Position numbers and translations under genes: made by a program. From NCBI GenBank assembly GCA_043228905.1, contig JBHGNT010000014.1, forward strand, positions 8,246,001 to 8,310,000: DNA of 64,000 nucleotides, given 5' to 3'. Below are positions 33,977 to 46,249 of the stretch, one piece after another. The notes beneath the pieces were generated by a model. The model worked only from the letters and a program-made list of their open reading frames with translations. It made no database searches and was not told where the DNA came from. Position 1 is the stretch's first letter; every line of letters starts with the position of its first letter. This DNA comes from Azolla caroliniana. Its lineage: Eukaryota > Plantae > Polypodiophyta.

Positions 33977-36900
33977 TGTTAGGAAACAGGTCCCTCCGGA
34001 TGGGAAGTGAGAAGAACAGTACCGATGAGTAAACTCGGCCGATGCCGAAACCGAATGTGGACTACCCGGCTACGGAAGACCCGGTTTGAACCGGATGACA
34101 AGTACCCGGCTACGGAAGAACCGGTGAGAACCGGATGAGGAGTACCCGGCAAGAGTCGGATGATGAAGGCCCGGTGAGAAGTGCTCACCGGATGAAGGGA
34201 CATATTCGTAAATATGTTTTTTGAGAGTCCATCGGGGCTATATTTGTAAATAGCCGAAAAGTCATATTAGTATAAATATGAGTTAGGGCAAACTTAGAAG
34301 GGGTTGTTGTCATTCTTGTTGGTGCAAGACCAGAGAGCGCGTAATAGTGTACAATGAGAGAGAGAGAGGAAGAGGTCGTTGCCTCTGTTGTAACCGCCGT
34401 CTGTGGCGAAGATCGTGAGCACAAGGTCGTTGCCTCCGTGAGCTCACTGTTGTAATCATTGCGATATAGTGATAGTTTGGAGTCTGTGGACTCCCGTGGT
34501 TTTTCCCTCTCAGGATTTTCCACGTTAAACATCTTGTGTACTCTTCTCTCCTTTGTGTCGTGTTCTTTTTTTTTATTTCCCATTTTCTGTGTTTGATTCT
34601 AAGCTCGGTTGTGGCCGAGCGTTGTTCATCGAAGCGTGTAGTTCCTGTCAAAGTGGTATCAGAGCGAAACGACGCATCAAATGGACGAATCGTTGGGAGG
34701 CATGTTCAAGCTCACCGACTCCAACTATTCAGTGTGGAAGTCGAAGATGAGGGACATGCTCGTGGTTTAAGATCTTTGGTTGCCGGTTCAGTTTGGGGAC
34801 AAGAGACTGGACAAAATCGATGCCATGATATGGGAGGTGATGCACATGAAGAGAATAGCGTACACACGGTGTTTCATCGACATGAGTCTATACAACAACT
34901 TCAATGAAACAAAAATGCTGTTAACCAGGTTTCGGTATTCTGGAAGCTAGTAAGACTCCGGTACCAAGATGGCTCCAGCATGGCGAAGCACATGAATGCC
35001 TTCCAGGGGCTGATACACCAGGCAACATCATTGGAAGTACCTCTCGCCGATGAGGTACTAGCGCTACTCCTGCTCGGTTCCCTCCCGGATAGCTGGGAGA
35101 CGTTGGTTGTCACTTTGGGCAACGCGGGGCCGATAGGGAAACGGTTATCCCTAGCAAGAGTGAAGTCGAGCTTGCTAGATGAGGAGGTGCCTCGGAAAGA
35201 TAAGGATATGAGCTCCGACTCCAAAGCGCTCCTTACCGAATTAGAACGCGGAAGACATAGAAACCGTAGTCCCTAGAACTGGGAAAAGTCGGGGACACGA
35301 TCAAAGTCAAGGGGGAGGCCTACTTGCTTCTAATGCGGCAAGCCAGGACACTTCCAGAAGAACTGTCGGCATTTTCGGAAAGACAAGGAAACCGACGATA
35401 CCGATTCGAAGCGGACACCGGACCGGAATGGACCGGAAGGGAACGACAGCAATCGCGGCAAGTGAAGAAGAGTTGATGCTCATCACCGAGGAGAGTGAGC
35501 TAAACCTTGCCGGCGACGAGATGACTTGGGTGGTCGACTCCGGAGCGTCGTTCCACGTTACCCCGGACCGGAAATGCTTCTCATCCTACTCAGCCGGTGA
35601 TCACAGCTGTGCCCGGATGGGGAATGAAGGTACATGCCGAATTGTCGGCATAGGAGACGTGTTGTTGATAACGCCAACCGGATGCAAGCTGCTGCTGAAG
35701 GATGTCCGATACGTTCCAGAGGTTCGTCTGAACCTGATATCAGCCGATCGGCTAGATGATGAAGGCTACACGGGTAGCATCCGGAACGGTGTTATGGCAT
35801 CCGACACTGCCGGTGAGCTGTGGCACAAGAGACTGTGTCACATGAGCGAGAAGGGGATGAAGAGGCTTGCAGAAGACAACTTCATTCCAGTGAAGAACGT
35901 GCACTTGGAGAAGTGCACTGATTGTCTGGACGGTAAGCAAAACCGAACCTCCTTCCGACCAAGGCCACTGATGAGACGTAATGCACCATTGGAGTTGGTG
36001 CATACTGATGTGTGTCAAGTGGACACAAAGTCACATGCAGGATCACAGTACTTCGTGACGTTCATAGATGACCACAGCCGAAAGCTATGGGCCACACCGT
36101 TGAAGACAAAGGATCAGGTGTTATCCGTCTTCAAAGAGCTCCACGCGAGAGTGGAAAGAGAAACCGGCCGGAAGCTGAAGGCGGTTCGAGCAGATAATGG
36201 AGGTGAATACCGGGGGCAGTTCGAGGAGTACTGTCGCTCGAAGGGAATCCGGCTCGAATTTACCATGCCGAAGACGCCGGAACTGAACGGGCTGGCTAAG
36301 AGGATGAACCAGACCATAATGGAGAGGGTCCGGAGTATGCTGGCGCATGCAAAACTACCCAAGAAGTTTTGGGTTAAGGCACTGTCGACGGCGACATATG
36401 TGATAAACAGATCACCCTCAGTACCCTTGGACGGAGACGCGCCACAGAGAGTCTGGACCGGTAAGGAAGTATCCTACCGGCATCTGAAAGTATTTGGGTG
36501 TCTTGAGTACGTGCATGTTGCTAAGGACCGGAGAGGAAAGTTGGATCCAAAGACCCGGCCATGCATATTCCTCGGTTACGGCGACGATGAGTTCGGCTAC
36601 TGAGTGTGGGACTTGGCCGACAAGAAGGTATTCCGGAGTCGAGATATTATCTTCATGGAGGACAAGACGCTCGCCGACTGGGAGTCGGCGAAGAAGATAA
36701 TGAACTCCGAGTCGACCGGTAAGGATCGACTCTACGATGAGCAGACCCAACCGGTAAGAGACCGGTTAGCACTCGAGGAACTAGCCGGTTACGGTGAGGA
36801 TACCGAACCGGCAGAAGAAGAAGTAGAGGAAGCTGAAACCGGAACCGGCCAAGACCCCAAATCAGATTCGGATGAAGAACGAATGGAGGGGCCGGTTACT

Positions 36901-36990
36901 GAAGCCCAAAGACGGAGATATCCTCTCAGAGAGTGAAGCCCCCCCCGGAGATTTCCGGATGCAGAGCATGTGCTGCTAACCGATGAGGGG
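33977..36990 (+). mobile_element. Degenerate copia: 5' LTR 33977-34650, PBS, gag, protease and integrase
   Basis: TGTTAGG...TGTCA, then TGGTATCAGAGC at 34654. Motifs LLLGSLPDSWETLV, WVVDSGAS, LVHTDVC and RADNGGEY. Several stops; truncated by the gypsy at about 36990. Confidence 0.9.
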
Positions 36991-39900
36991 GAAATAAGCA
37001 AGAAGATCTTGAGCATTGGCGACATGCTCGACAGGTTCCCAAGTACGTTCATTAGGACTATAGCTGAGCCAATTGACCAAATAATAAAGTTTGTTGAGAA
37101 CAAACTTGGAGTCGAGGACGACAACAACTTCATACTCTGGGCCAGTCTCCAACTCAAGTGGGGGCAGCGGCGGTGTAACACGATGGAGAATAGTGTTTTC
37201 CTGATAAGGTTTGAGAAGAGAACTATGGAAGACCAGATGTATCTGAAGGTGCGGAGGAAGATCAAGACAGAATGTGACATCATTAATTTTGCCACTAATA
37301 AGGAAAGGACCGAGTCTTCGATAATCCAATTTGTCGCATGGTCGAGTAGTCTTGATGTCACGATGTAAGAGCCATACCCAATCTCCATGGCAAAAGAGGA
37401 GGGACGCCGATGACGATCTGCATAAGTCTTTTGTGTGTGTTGAGCATGACGAAGATGAGTAGATAGATCCGTTTGAATCTTGCGTAGCCTCTCCAAATGA
37501 TCCTTAGCACAAGGATTGGTAGGTAGCTCCGGAGTGTTGATCACAGACCAACGAGGATGAGAACCAGTATAAGCGTAAAATGGGGAGACCTGAGAAGTGG
37601 AGTGAATAACGTTATTATAAGCAAACTCAACAAAGTGGAGAATATCAGCCCAATCGTCCTGTTGATAACTTAGAAAACACCGAAGATATTGTTCCAGCGT
37701 TTGGTTTGTTCGCTCCGCTTGCCCATCAGTTTGGGGATGATGGCCGGAGGAGAGGTTGCAAGAGACCTTGAGCATCTTGAAGAGATGCTTCCAAAATTTG
37801 GAGACGAATTGAGGTCCTTTGATGATACTGTCTGGGAGGCCATGATGCCGAAAAACCTTACGTATGACAAGGGCGGCGGTTTCCTCACTAGTGATGGCCT
37901 TAGTATAAGGCACAAAATATGCCATCTTAGTATATTGGTCAACGATGGTTAAGATAGCATCGATGCCTTTCGAGATTGGAAGATCTGTGATAAAATCAAG
38001 ACAAATGGTTTGCCACGACTTACTTGGAATTGGTAAGGATTCCAACAAACCATATGGATGATGTCATGGCATCTTTGCTCGGCAACAAGCATCATAGGTC
38101 CGAACATAGTCGTCGACAAAACGTGGCATATGGGGCCACCAAAAAGATCGTCAAACTAGATCCAACGTCTTAGTACTACCGAAATGTCTAGCTCTATGGG
38201 TGTCGTGACAATTTTGGACGATTTGAAGGCAACATGAGCAATCAGGAACATACACAATCTTTTTAAAGAATAATAAACCATCATGATATTCGAATTGTCG
38301 GTAGTCCATACCTGGTTGTTGAGACTAGGAACAGGATGCCCGAGAGGCATCAATTTGCGCAAGAATGGCTTGAGCAAAACTGTTTGTCTTCAAATTGGCA
38401 CGTATGGTATCGATAATCCGGGAATCCAATGGAGTGAAAAATCCGCGTTGTGTGCAAACATGTTGGTCCCAAGATTACCTGCTTTTGATTATCAAATGCT
38501 GGATCACCAAGACGAAGTGTAAGTATGAGCGTCGCGATAGTGCATCTGCTTTTCCTTGTTGCTTCCCCGGACGATATGTAATTTTGAAGTCAAAACATGT
38601 GAGGAATTGGGCCCACCGAGCTTGCTGTCGATTTAGTACGCGAGCGTTCTGGAAATAAGCAAGATTTTTGTGATCACTGAAGAAGATGACCTGATGAGGA
38701 GAGACCTCTAAGAAATGTCGCCATTGCACAAACAAATCCACGATGGCTAATAACTCCTTGTCATGTATCTCGTAGTTGATTTCCGCGGCATCAAATTTGC
38801 GCGAGTGGAAAGCCACAGGATGTAACTCTTCTTTATCTCCTTGTTGTGAAAGGATGCTGCCGAGGGCGAAATCCGATGCGTCGGCCTCCATGATGAATGG
38901 TTTGTTTGTATCCAGATGAGCTAGAATAGGAGCTGATGTTATGGTTTTCTTAAGATGCATAAAAGCCATGTCCGCTTCATTGGACCAAAGAAATGACTAT
39001 CCCTTCTTGGTAAGTTGTGTGAGAGGCAAAATAATCTTCGAGTAATCTTGTATAAACTTGCGGTAGAAGTTACCGAAGCCTAGGAAACATTGCACATCTT
39101 GTAACGAACGTGGAATTTGCCACTCTAGCATAGTTTTGACTTTAGCTGGATCCATGGAGATGCCTTTTGAGGAGATGACGTAGCCTAGAAATTCCACTTG
39201 CTTGCAGTCGCTACATTTTTCTAGTTTGGCATAAAGACCATGCTCTCGGAGTCGTTTTAGTACTAATAGTACATGAGAATCATGCTCTTTTTGGGTCTTC
39301 GAATAAATCAATAGATCATCCAAATAGATGATCAAATAGATATCCAAGAGGTCCCTGAATATATCATTTGCCATGTGCTGGAAGATTGTGGGCGCATTGG
39401 TTAGACCGAACGGCATAACGATATACTCAAAGTGCCCATATCGGGGCGAAAAGCGGTCTTCCATTCGTCTCCCGATCGGATCCACACGAGGTTATATGCT
39501 CCTTGTAAGTCGATTTTTGTAAAAAACATGGCACCATTTACATGTTCTAAAAGATTTGATATAAGGGGAAGCACATACCTATTCTTGATGGTGACCATAT
39601 TCAAGTCATGGTAATCAACAACGAGACGAAGGGATCCATCTTTCTTCTTGACAAAGAAAATGGGTGCACCGGCCGGAGATTTGGAATGACGAATGAACCC
39701 GCTTGCCAAATTCTCCTCTATGTAGGCTCGAAAGACTTCCAACTTGGTTGGTGACAAGTTGTAAATCGGTCCCCACGTTGGCTCTTTTCCTGATTGTAAA
39801 TCGATGGGACAATCATAGGGACGATGATGAGGAAGAGTACCGGCTTTTACCTTGTCAAATACATCAGCATAAGGATGATATTTCGTGGGAAGTTGAACTA

Positions 39901-42111
39901 AGGATTCCTTCTTAATAGTGCTGGAAGGATGTACTGATATTGCAAATAGAAACATTGACTCTTTGCATCCTTCTTCATGTAATTGATGGAGCGAAATGGT
40001 CAAAACTCGATGAGTAGATTCTCGGGGTTGTCGATACCGGACTTCCCTTGTTCTCCAATCCATGTCTGGATTATATAATTCAAACCAAGGTAATCCTAGG
40101 ACAATGGGATGCAATGGACTACTAATTATATTAAAGGATACCACACATAGAAAGCTATCTAGGACAACCTGAATGGGTTCTAACTCTTCTACGATATTCC
40201 TAGAGGCAATGGGACAACCATCAATGACTACTACAGATTCGGGGCAAGGAGGTTTTCTTAAGGATATTTGAGAAGCTTGGGCAAAATTCTGATCCATGAA
40301 ACAAGAATTGGCTCCGGAATCTAAAAGTGCTAAAACGTGTACTGGAGGGGTACTTTTAGTACTAACCATGACTTGGGCTAAGAACACATTGCTAACTTGC
40401 TTAGAGGGAATGGAACCACTAATGGGTTGCATAGATCTAGGGCTGTCCAACCAAACGGCTCCTATTTTGGCTGAATTTAGTCGTTTAACTCTTCCTCTAA
40501 TTGACTAAGGATTTCAAATTTGTTTGAGATACTTGGTCTATCAGTACTATTAATACTATCAGACACTCCTAAGGGAATTGACTCGGGTTTAGTACAAGCT
40601 ACAATTTGATTTACCTGGCTTCTTGGCCTATGGGGACAGTTCATTGCGATATGCCTTGGTCCACCGCAATAAAGACATAATCGATTTGTATGTCGTCGTT
40701 TCTTTTCTTCTTCTGATAATGGGTCACGTCAACGTAGGGTGTCGATTTCCATTGGTGTCAGAGAATTTGCTTGAGATACATCTCGTGCAAATAGTTTAGC
40801 TGCAATTGAGGCGTATGTGGGCTCTGGCCTAGTCCGTGGTATTTGTAATTGTCGTTCCGAAACATTGTTCAAAAAGGCGGTTGCATGATAGTTGTCGCAT
40901 CAAACTGCTCGACTGATTGCCTCTGTGAGAGATTTTGGTTCTTCGAGGAAGGTTAAAAGTAAATCTTTGATGTCATTTCGTAGGCCGTAGCGAAACTGCT
41001 CCATTAGTGCTTGATCATCCCAGGGGATATCTGAGGCAAGTAGACAGAAATCCGCCACATAGGCAGAGGTTGGACGATTGCCTTGACGCAATCGTTGGAT
41101 CTTGTTGATCGGCGTCCTGATGGTCGGTATATCCAAAGCAGGTTTTAAACTCGCTAATAAAGTCTTCAAAGCTATTAAGCAAGGGATATTGCTTTTCTAA
41201 AAGCGGAGCGAACCATGCCAAGGCTGAGCCGCTGAGCAACATGCCTATTAAGCCTACTCGGGATGCATCTGTGGGGTATCGGGAATGATGCATCTGAATG
41301 AGTAACGTACCTGATTAAAGAATCCTCTGAATTGTGATCGTGTTCCATCGAATTTCGCAAGAAGTCCAATCTTGGGCTCTTTATGAATTCCTTGGGAACT
41401 TGATCCCTGTTGTTGCAACGATACGATGGTTGCTTCAAGTTGTTGCACACGTAATGCTAACTCCCCATGTTGTTGTTGTGTTTGTTGTTTTTCTAAAGAG
41501 ATTTGTTGAAGATCCCCTAACAATCATTAGCTTTCGTGTTCCAATGCAACAAATATTTCTTTTAGACACTTAAGCTTGGAGAAAATGGATTGATATTCTT
41601 GGGTTCTAATAGTAGCCATAGTATTGGAATAAGGGGTAAGAGGATGAGGGAAACCGAAAAGAAGACCAGAGGGAGAAAATTAGTTCAAACTGTCAGGAAT
41701 AGTACTAAAATAGAGAGAGAATCAGTACTAGAGAAGGGAAGTACTATTAGTACTAAGAGGATTGACTGCGTAAGACTCACGACAGAGGAAGAGAGAAAAG
41801 GAGAGAGAGAGAGAGAGAGGATGATGATAACAGATGATATATTATGTGAAGAGTAATACAAAATAGCTATGAGGCTTAAGACTGGCGTTGAACCAATTTG
41901 GTTCGAAGTAATGCCTTGTGCCTCTTCTTTTGTTCTCACGAGTAGTCCTGAAGCTTCTAGAATGTTCCAGAGAAATCTTTAATATACATTAATTTTCTAG
42001 TAAAATTTAAATGAAAATAATATTTTACGTATTACAATAGATAGTGTAATGGTCAAGAGCCCAACCCATATAACACAGGGTCATGGGTTCGAGTCTTTCC
42101 ATATCATGACA
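36991..42111 (-). mobile_element. Degenerate chromovirus (Tcn1-like) Ty3/gypsy with 5' LTR 41691-42111
   Basis: Gag KFDGTRSQFRGF..LLSGSALAWF, protease ALLDSGAN, RT SPAGAPIFFVKKKDGSLRL/YLDDLLIYS, RNase H ADASDFALG..HDKELLAIV, integrase GQAERTNQ, chromodomain EYEV..VLDS..YLVNW..PNERTWEP. LTR ends TGTCA...TGACA. Confidence 0.9.
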
Positions 42112-43800
42112 CAAGGCCCTTATCAGCTTCTTCACTACTATGACTTTGGTGCTTCTCGACCCATCGGCTCCTCCATGTTGGCAGGCTTTTGCGTTCCCTC
42201 TCTTGTCCGAATTGACTGTCTCCAATTAGTCTTCATCCTTCAAGCCCTTCACCATATTAGACCATGCCTGGGTACTAGCCTTCATCTTCGAGTCAGCTCT
42301 GTCCTTCTTGACCCTGCCGCCTTTGCCGCTTGTTCCGACTCTATCAGATGTGCCGACTTCTTCAGTTGACTTGGCTCCCTTTTTTTCAGGTCCACCCCCT
42401 GCTTCGCGTCCGTTCTCCTTTTCTCCAGTTGCTTCTTTGGTACCTTTACTTGTTCTCCCGTTCTTGTTCTCCCCCTCAAGTGTGGCACATCGAGATGTTG
42501 TAGCCCAAGCATATCCAAAAAATGTTGCAACTTGTCGGATCCAAGTGGCTTGGTGAAGATCCTGGAAACCTGCCGATTGGTTCGAACATACTACAGTTCA
42601 ACTTCACCGCTCAGGACCCGTTCTTGCACAAAGTGTAATGCACCTCGATGTGGTTTGTGAGAGCATGGAACACGGGGTTCTTGGCTAGCTACATGCTACT
42701 AATGTTGTCATATTAGATGGGGATTGGATTCGGTACTTCGATTCGTAGGTCTTGTAGTAGCCGCCGAAGCCATATCGCTTCATTGGTCATGATGGAGCTC
42801 CTTAGTACTCAACGTGAGTGCTTGACAGAGCCACTTTCGGTTGCTTCTTGTTGCTCCATGCAACAACTGCACTCGAGAGAGAAAACATGAATCCAAATTT
42901 TGACCAATGATCCGACGCATCACCAGCCTAGTTGGCATCAATATAGCCAAATAACTATTCAGTTATATTGTGTCGGTATAGCAGTTCCCGATCCTTAGTG
43001 CCGCTCACATATCGCAGTAGTTGATGCGCGCCCTAAAGGTGTTCAACAATCGGTTGCTGCATAAATTTACTAATCACTCCTACCAGATAGTTGATGTTGA
43101 GTTGGGTGATAGTTAGGTATATGAGGTTTCTAACAATTTGTCGAAACTGTTTCTTGTTGCAGGCCATTCCAGAGCCAATATGTAACTTCAAATTCCGGTC
43201 AAGGGGTGTCTAGAACGGTTGGCAATCCGTCATGCCGAACTTTTCTCCATGATCTCCTTGAACAAACATTCTTCACATCCATTTGGTGGAGATGCCACCC
43301 CCTTGCCACTGCAACTGCCAGCACAACACGGACCGTCGTCATCTTCGCTATCGGTGTGAAGGTCTCGTTGTTGTCTATTCTGTGGGTCTATACATATCCT
43401 TTGACCACTAGTTGGGCCTTGTACCGGTTGACGAACCTTTGACATTATACTTCACCATATACACCCATTTGGAGCTAATCAGTTTGAAGTGTCAAGGAGG
43501 GTTAACTAGGTCCCATGTGTCGTCGGCATTGAGTTCCAACATTTCTTCCTCCATAGTGGCACGCCAATTCATACCTCTTGTCACTTCTGCGTAGATCTCC
43601 GGCTCACACACTTACACCACCTTCGTCATGTACGCCTAATGATGCTCCATATATTTAATATAACCGTACTGCATGATGGGGTTCTTTTCGCGGGTAGATC
43701 AATCTAACTTTTGGTTTGCAAATTTTACGGCCTTCTTGGCCGCATCCGATCTCAACTCTTGAGGTTCGTTGTTGCTCTTGTTGGTGTCGAATTCTTCCGG
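42112..43800 (-). mobile_element. Decayed copia RT/RNase H and 3' region
   Basis: The minus strand shows fragmented WDLV, YKAQLVVKGY, KKQPKVALSS and KNPVFHA motifs with many stops. Confidence 0.7.
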
Positions 43801-45902
43801 ATCCGATACACCCTTAGTAGCTCAGTACGAGCATTGAAGTACTTGTCAGTACTTCTGTTAGTCCTTTTTAAGGACTTGTATAAAACTTCTCACTAAGCAC
43901 ATTGTATGTATAGAGAGAGTAATATTATGTAATTTGAGTTTGATTTTGTTCTGCTCTCTCTGTCTCCCCTATACACTCTCTCTCTTTGTGTGTATTGTGT
44001 AAAGCTTCCATTAAACCTGCAACATTTCTCTATTGGCAACCGGTGAAGTCGGTTGTGTCTGTAAAGCTTCCACATGAAATCTTTAGCGCGAGGATTGAAA
44101 ATCCTCTGCTGCTAACACGAAGCCTAGGAAGACTAGAGTAAACCAAACTTCTGGTAAGAACAGACTGAAGAGAAAAAAAATGGAGAGAGGGATGGCAAGC
44201 TCGCTTTCGATTGAGAAGCTCGATAGGAAAAACAATCCATCTTAGTTGTACAAGATGCACCAGTACTTGCTAGGACACGAGTACTAGAGTTATGTCGATG
44301 GTGCAAATGAGATAGTGCCGGAGCCGGCTCACAAGGACTTCCCAACATGGGAGCAAGGAGCGAAGAGAGTGTTGTACTGCCTCACGTCTTGTGTGCACGA
44401 TCAGATGCTTAGTTACATCAAAGACGCAAAGTCATCGAAGGAGGCCTAGGAAAATCTAAAAAGGATTTTCGCCGCCAATACCACAACCAGTAAGTTGTAG
44501 CTCCTGCAAGAGGTCAACAACATATGGCAAAGGTACATGATGGTTATGGACTACACCATCAAGATCAAGGAGATCTGTAATACACTAGGGTCCATCAATG
44601 TCATAGTGGACAAAGACGAGATGGTGCAGATCAGCCTCGATGGTTTAGCGCATAGGCACGGGCCTATCCGGACAACGATTTGCACCCGATTGAAACCACT
44701 GTCCTTCCACCTACAATCGATGCTCACGGTCGAGTAAAACCACGTGAGTGGAGGACCACTCAACCGGACATTTGGATGTTGTACATGGAGGTGGATCGGC
44801 CCCATGGGCGTGAAGGAGGAGGTGAGTCAGCACGCAATAGCATTGGTCGGCTAGAGCAGAATCGGAGGCACAGGGATTGTGCCAACAACAGTTCTGGACC
44901 CTCCACAAGTAGGGGAGTCAAGGTGGCACCGGAAACCAACAATCGAAGGCTGATACGAAATGCTGGTATTGTGGCAAGAAGGCCAAGAGCAAATCTAGTG
45001 ATGCGAGAAGCACGCCAATTCGAATAAATCCAGGTCCAACAAGGCCGGACAAGGGAACCGGCAAAGCTCGCACTACATAGAAGGATCAGAATGATCCAGA
45101 ACCAGTAAGACCGGAAGAGGGCTAGCCTTTGTGATGAAGCACCGGACGAACCCAATGAAGAAGACAACTTCAAGATCGAAGGAAGTGTGGTACATTGAGT
45201 CCAGAGCATCAAACCACATGACGAGCCATGAAGAGTGGTTCTTGTTTTTGTTGGCAACCGATGAAGTCGGTTGTGTCTGTATAGCTTTCGCACGAAATCT
45301 TTACAAGAATTTTTAGACAAGCCATCTAACATAGGGCAGACCGAAGTACTAACAAATACTTCAATGCTCACATTAGAGCATCTGACACTAATTGTACCTA
45401 TTATTCCTATTTCTAGGAATAGGAATAAGGCTTCTAATGGCTTATCGGCTCTCCCGACCAATCCAACTGTCAGCTTTCTTAGCTGACTAGGTATCTGGCT
45501 TGCAACCGATCCTTCCAGCCGATCCTTTAGCCGGTTCGGCATCATGTTGAGCTTATATCTGTGAAGATTATGTGCGGAAGCTGAAACAGAACACAACCGG
45601 CTTAGCCAAACAATAACAGAGAATACACCGAGAGTATGGAGATACAAAAAATGCTGGAGATACATACAATTGTGCTCAAAGAGCACTTTTATACAAGTCC
45701 TCAAAGGATTGATAGAAGTACTGACAAGTACTTCAATGCTCATAACTAAGCTACTAACACTAACTCCTAAAAATGTAGCTACCTACTAAACTAGGAGTGT
45801 AGGCCTCTAACGGTCTGCTGGCTCCCCGCCGATCCAGCTCTCCACCGATCTGGTTCTCCGCTTATTCAGCCAATCCGGCGATGTTAAGCTTGCTTCTCAA
45901 CA
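43800..45902. mobile_element. Cluster of copia LTR pieces and a gag fragment (44180-45240, +), with a minus-strand LTR at 45560-45902
   Basis: LTR motifs are shared with 1242-1639 (GAAGTA.TGACAAGTACTTCAATGCTC). Gag DYTIKIKEIC..DEMVQI matches 505-723. Confidence 0.7.
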
Positions 45903-46249
45903 CTCTCCATCAAGCTCAAGTTGAGGTTCTTCCTACTCTGCCGATTCTATTTTCCGGCTCCTCCTGGCATCTTCACACCTTGTTTGGTCCGGTCCCACGT
46001 TACACGACCACTTCCATTCAACGCTTCTTGACTCATCTGATACCGCGATCCTTGACCCGCCGCTTCCTTTGTTTCGGTGCTGTCTTTGGCCACCTGGCCT
46101 TCATATAATTCAGCTCTCCCGAATCGGCTGTCTTCGATCCATTTTCTATCTTTCCTTTGACGACATCTGCCCATGTCCTAGTCCTGGCCTTCTTCTTCTA
46201 GTAAACTCCATCCTTCTTGACTCCGCTGCCTACACCGGCTCTTCCTAAT

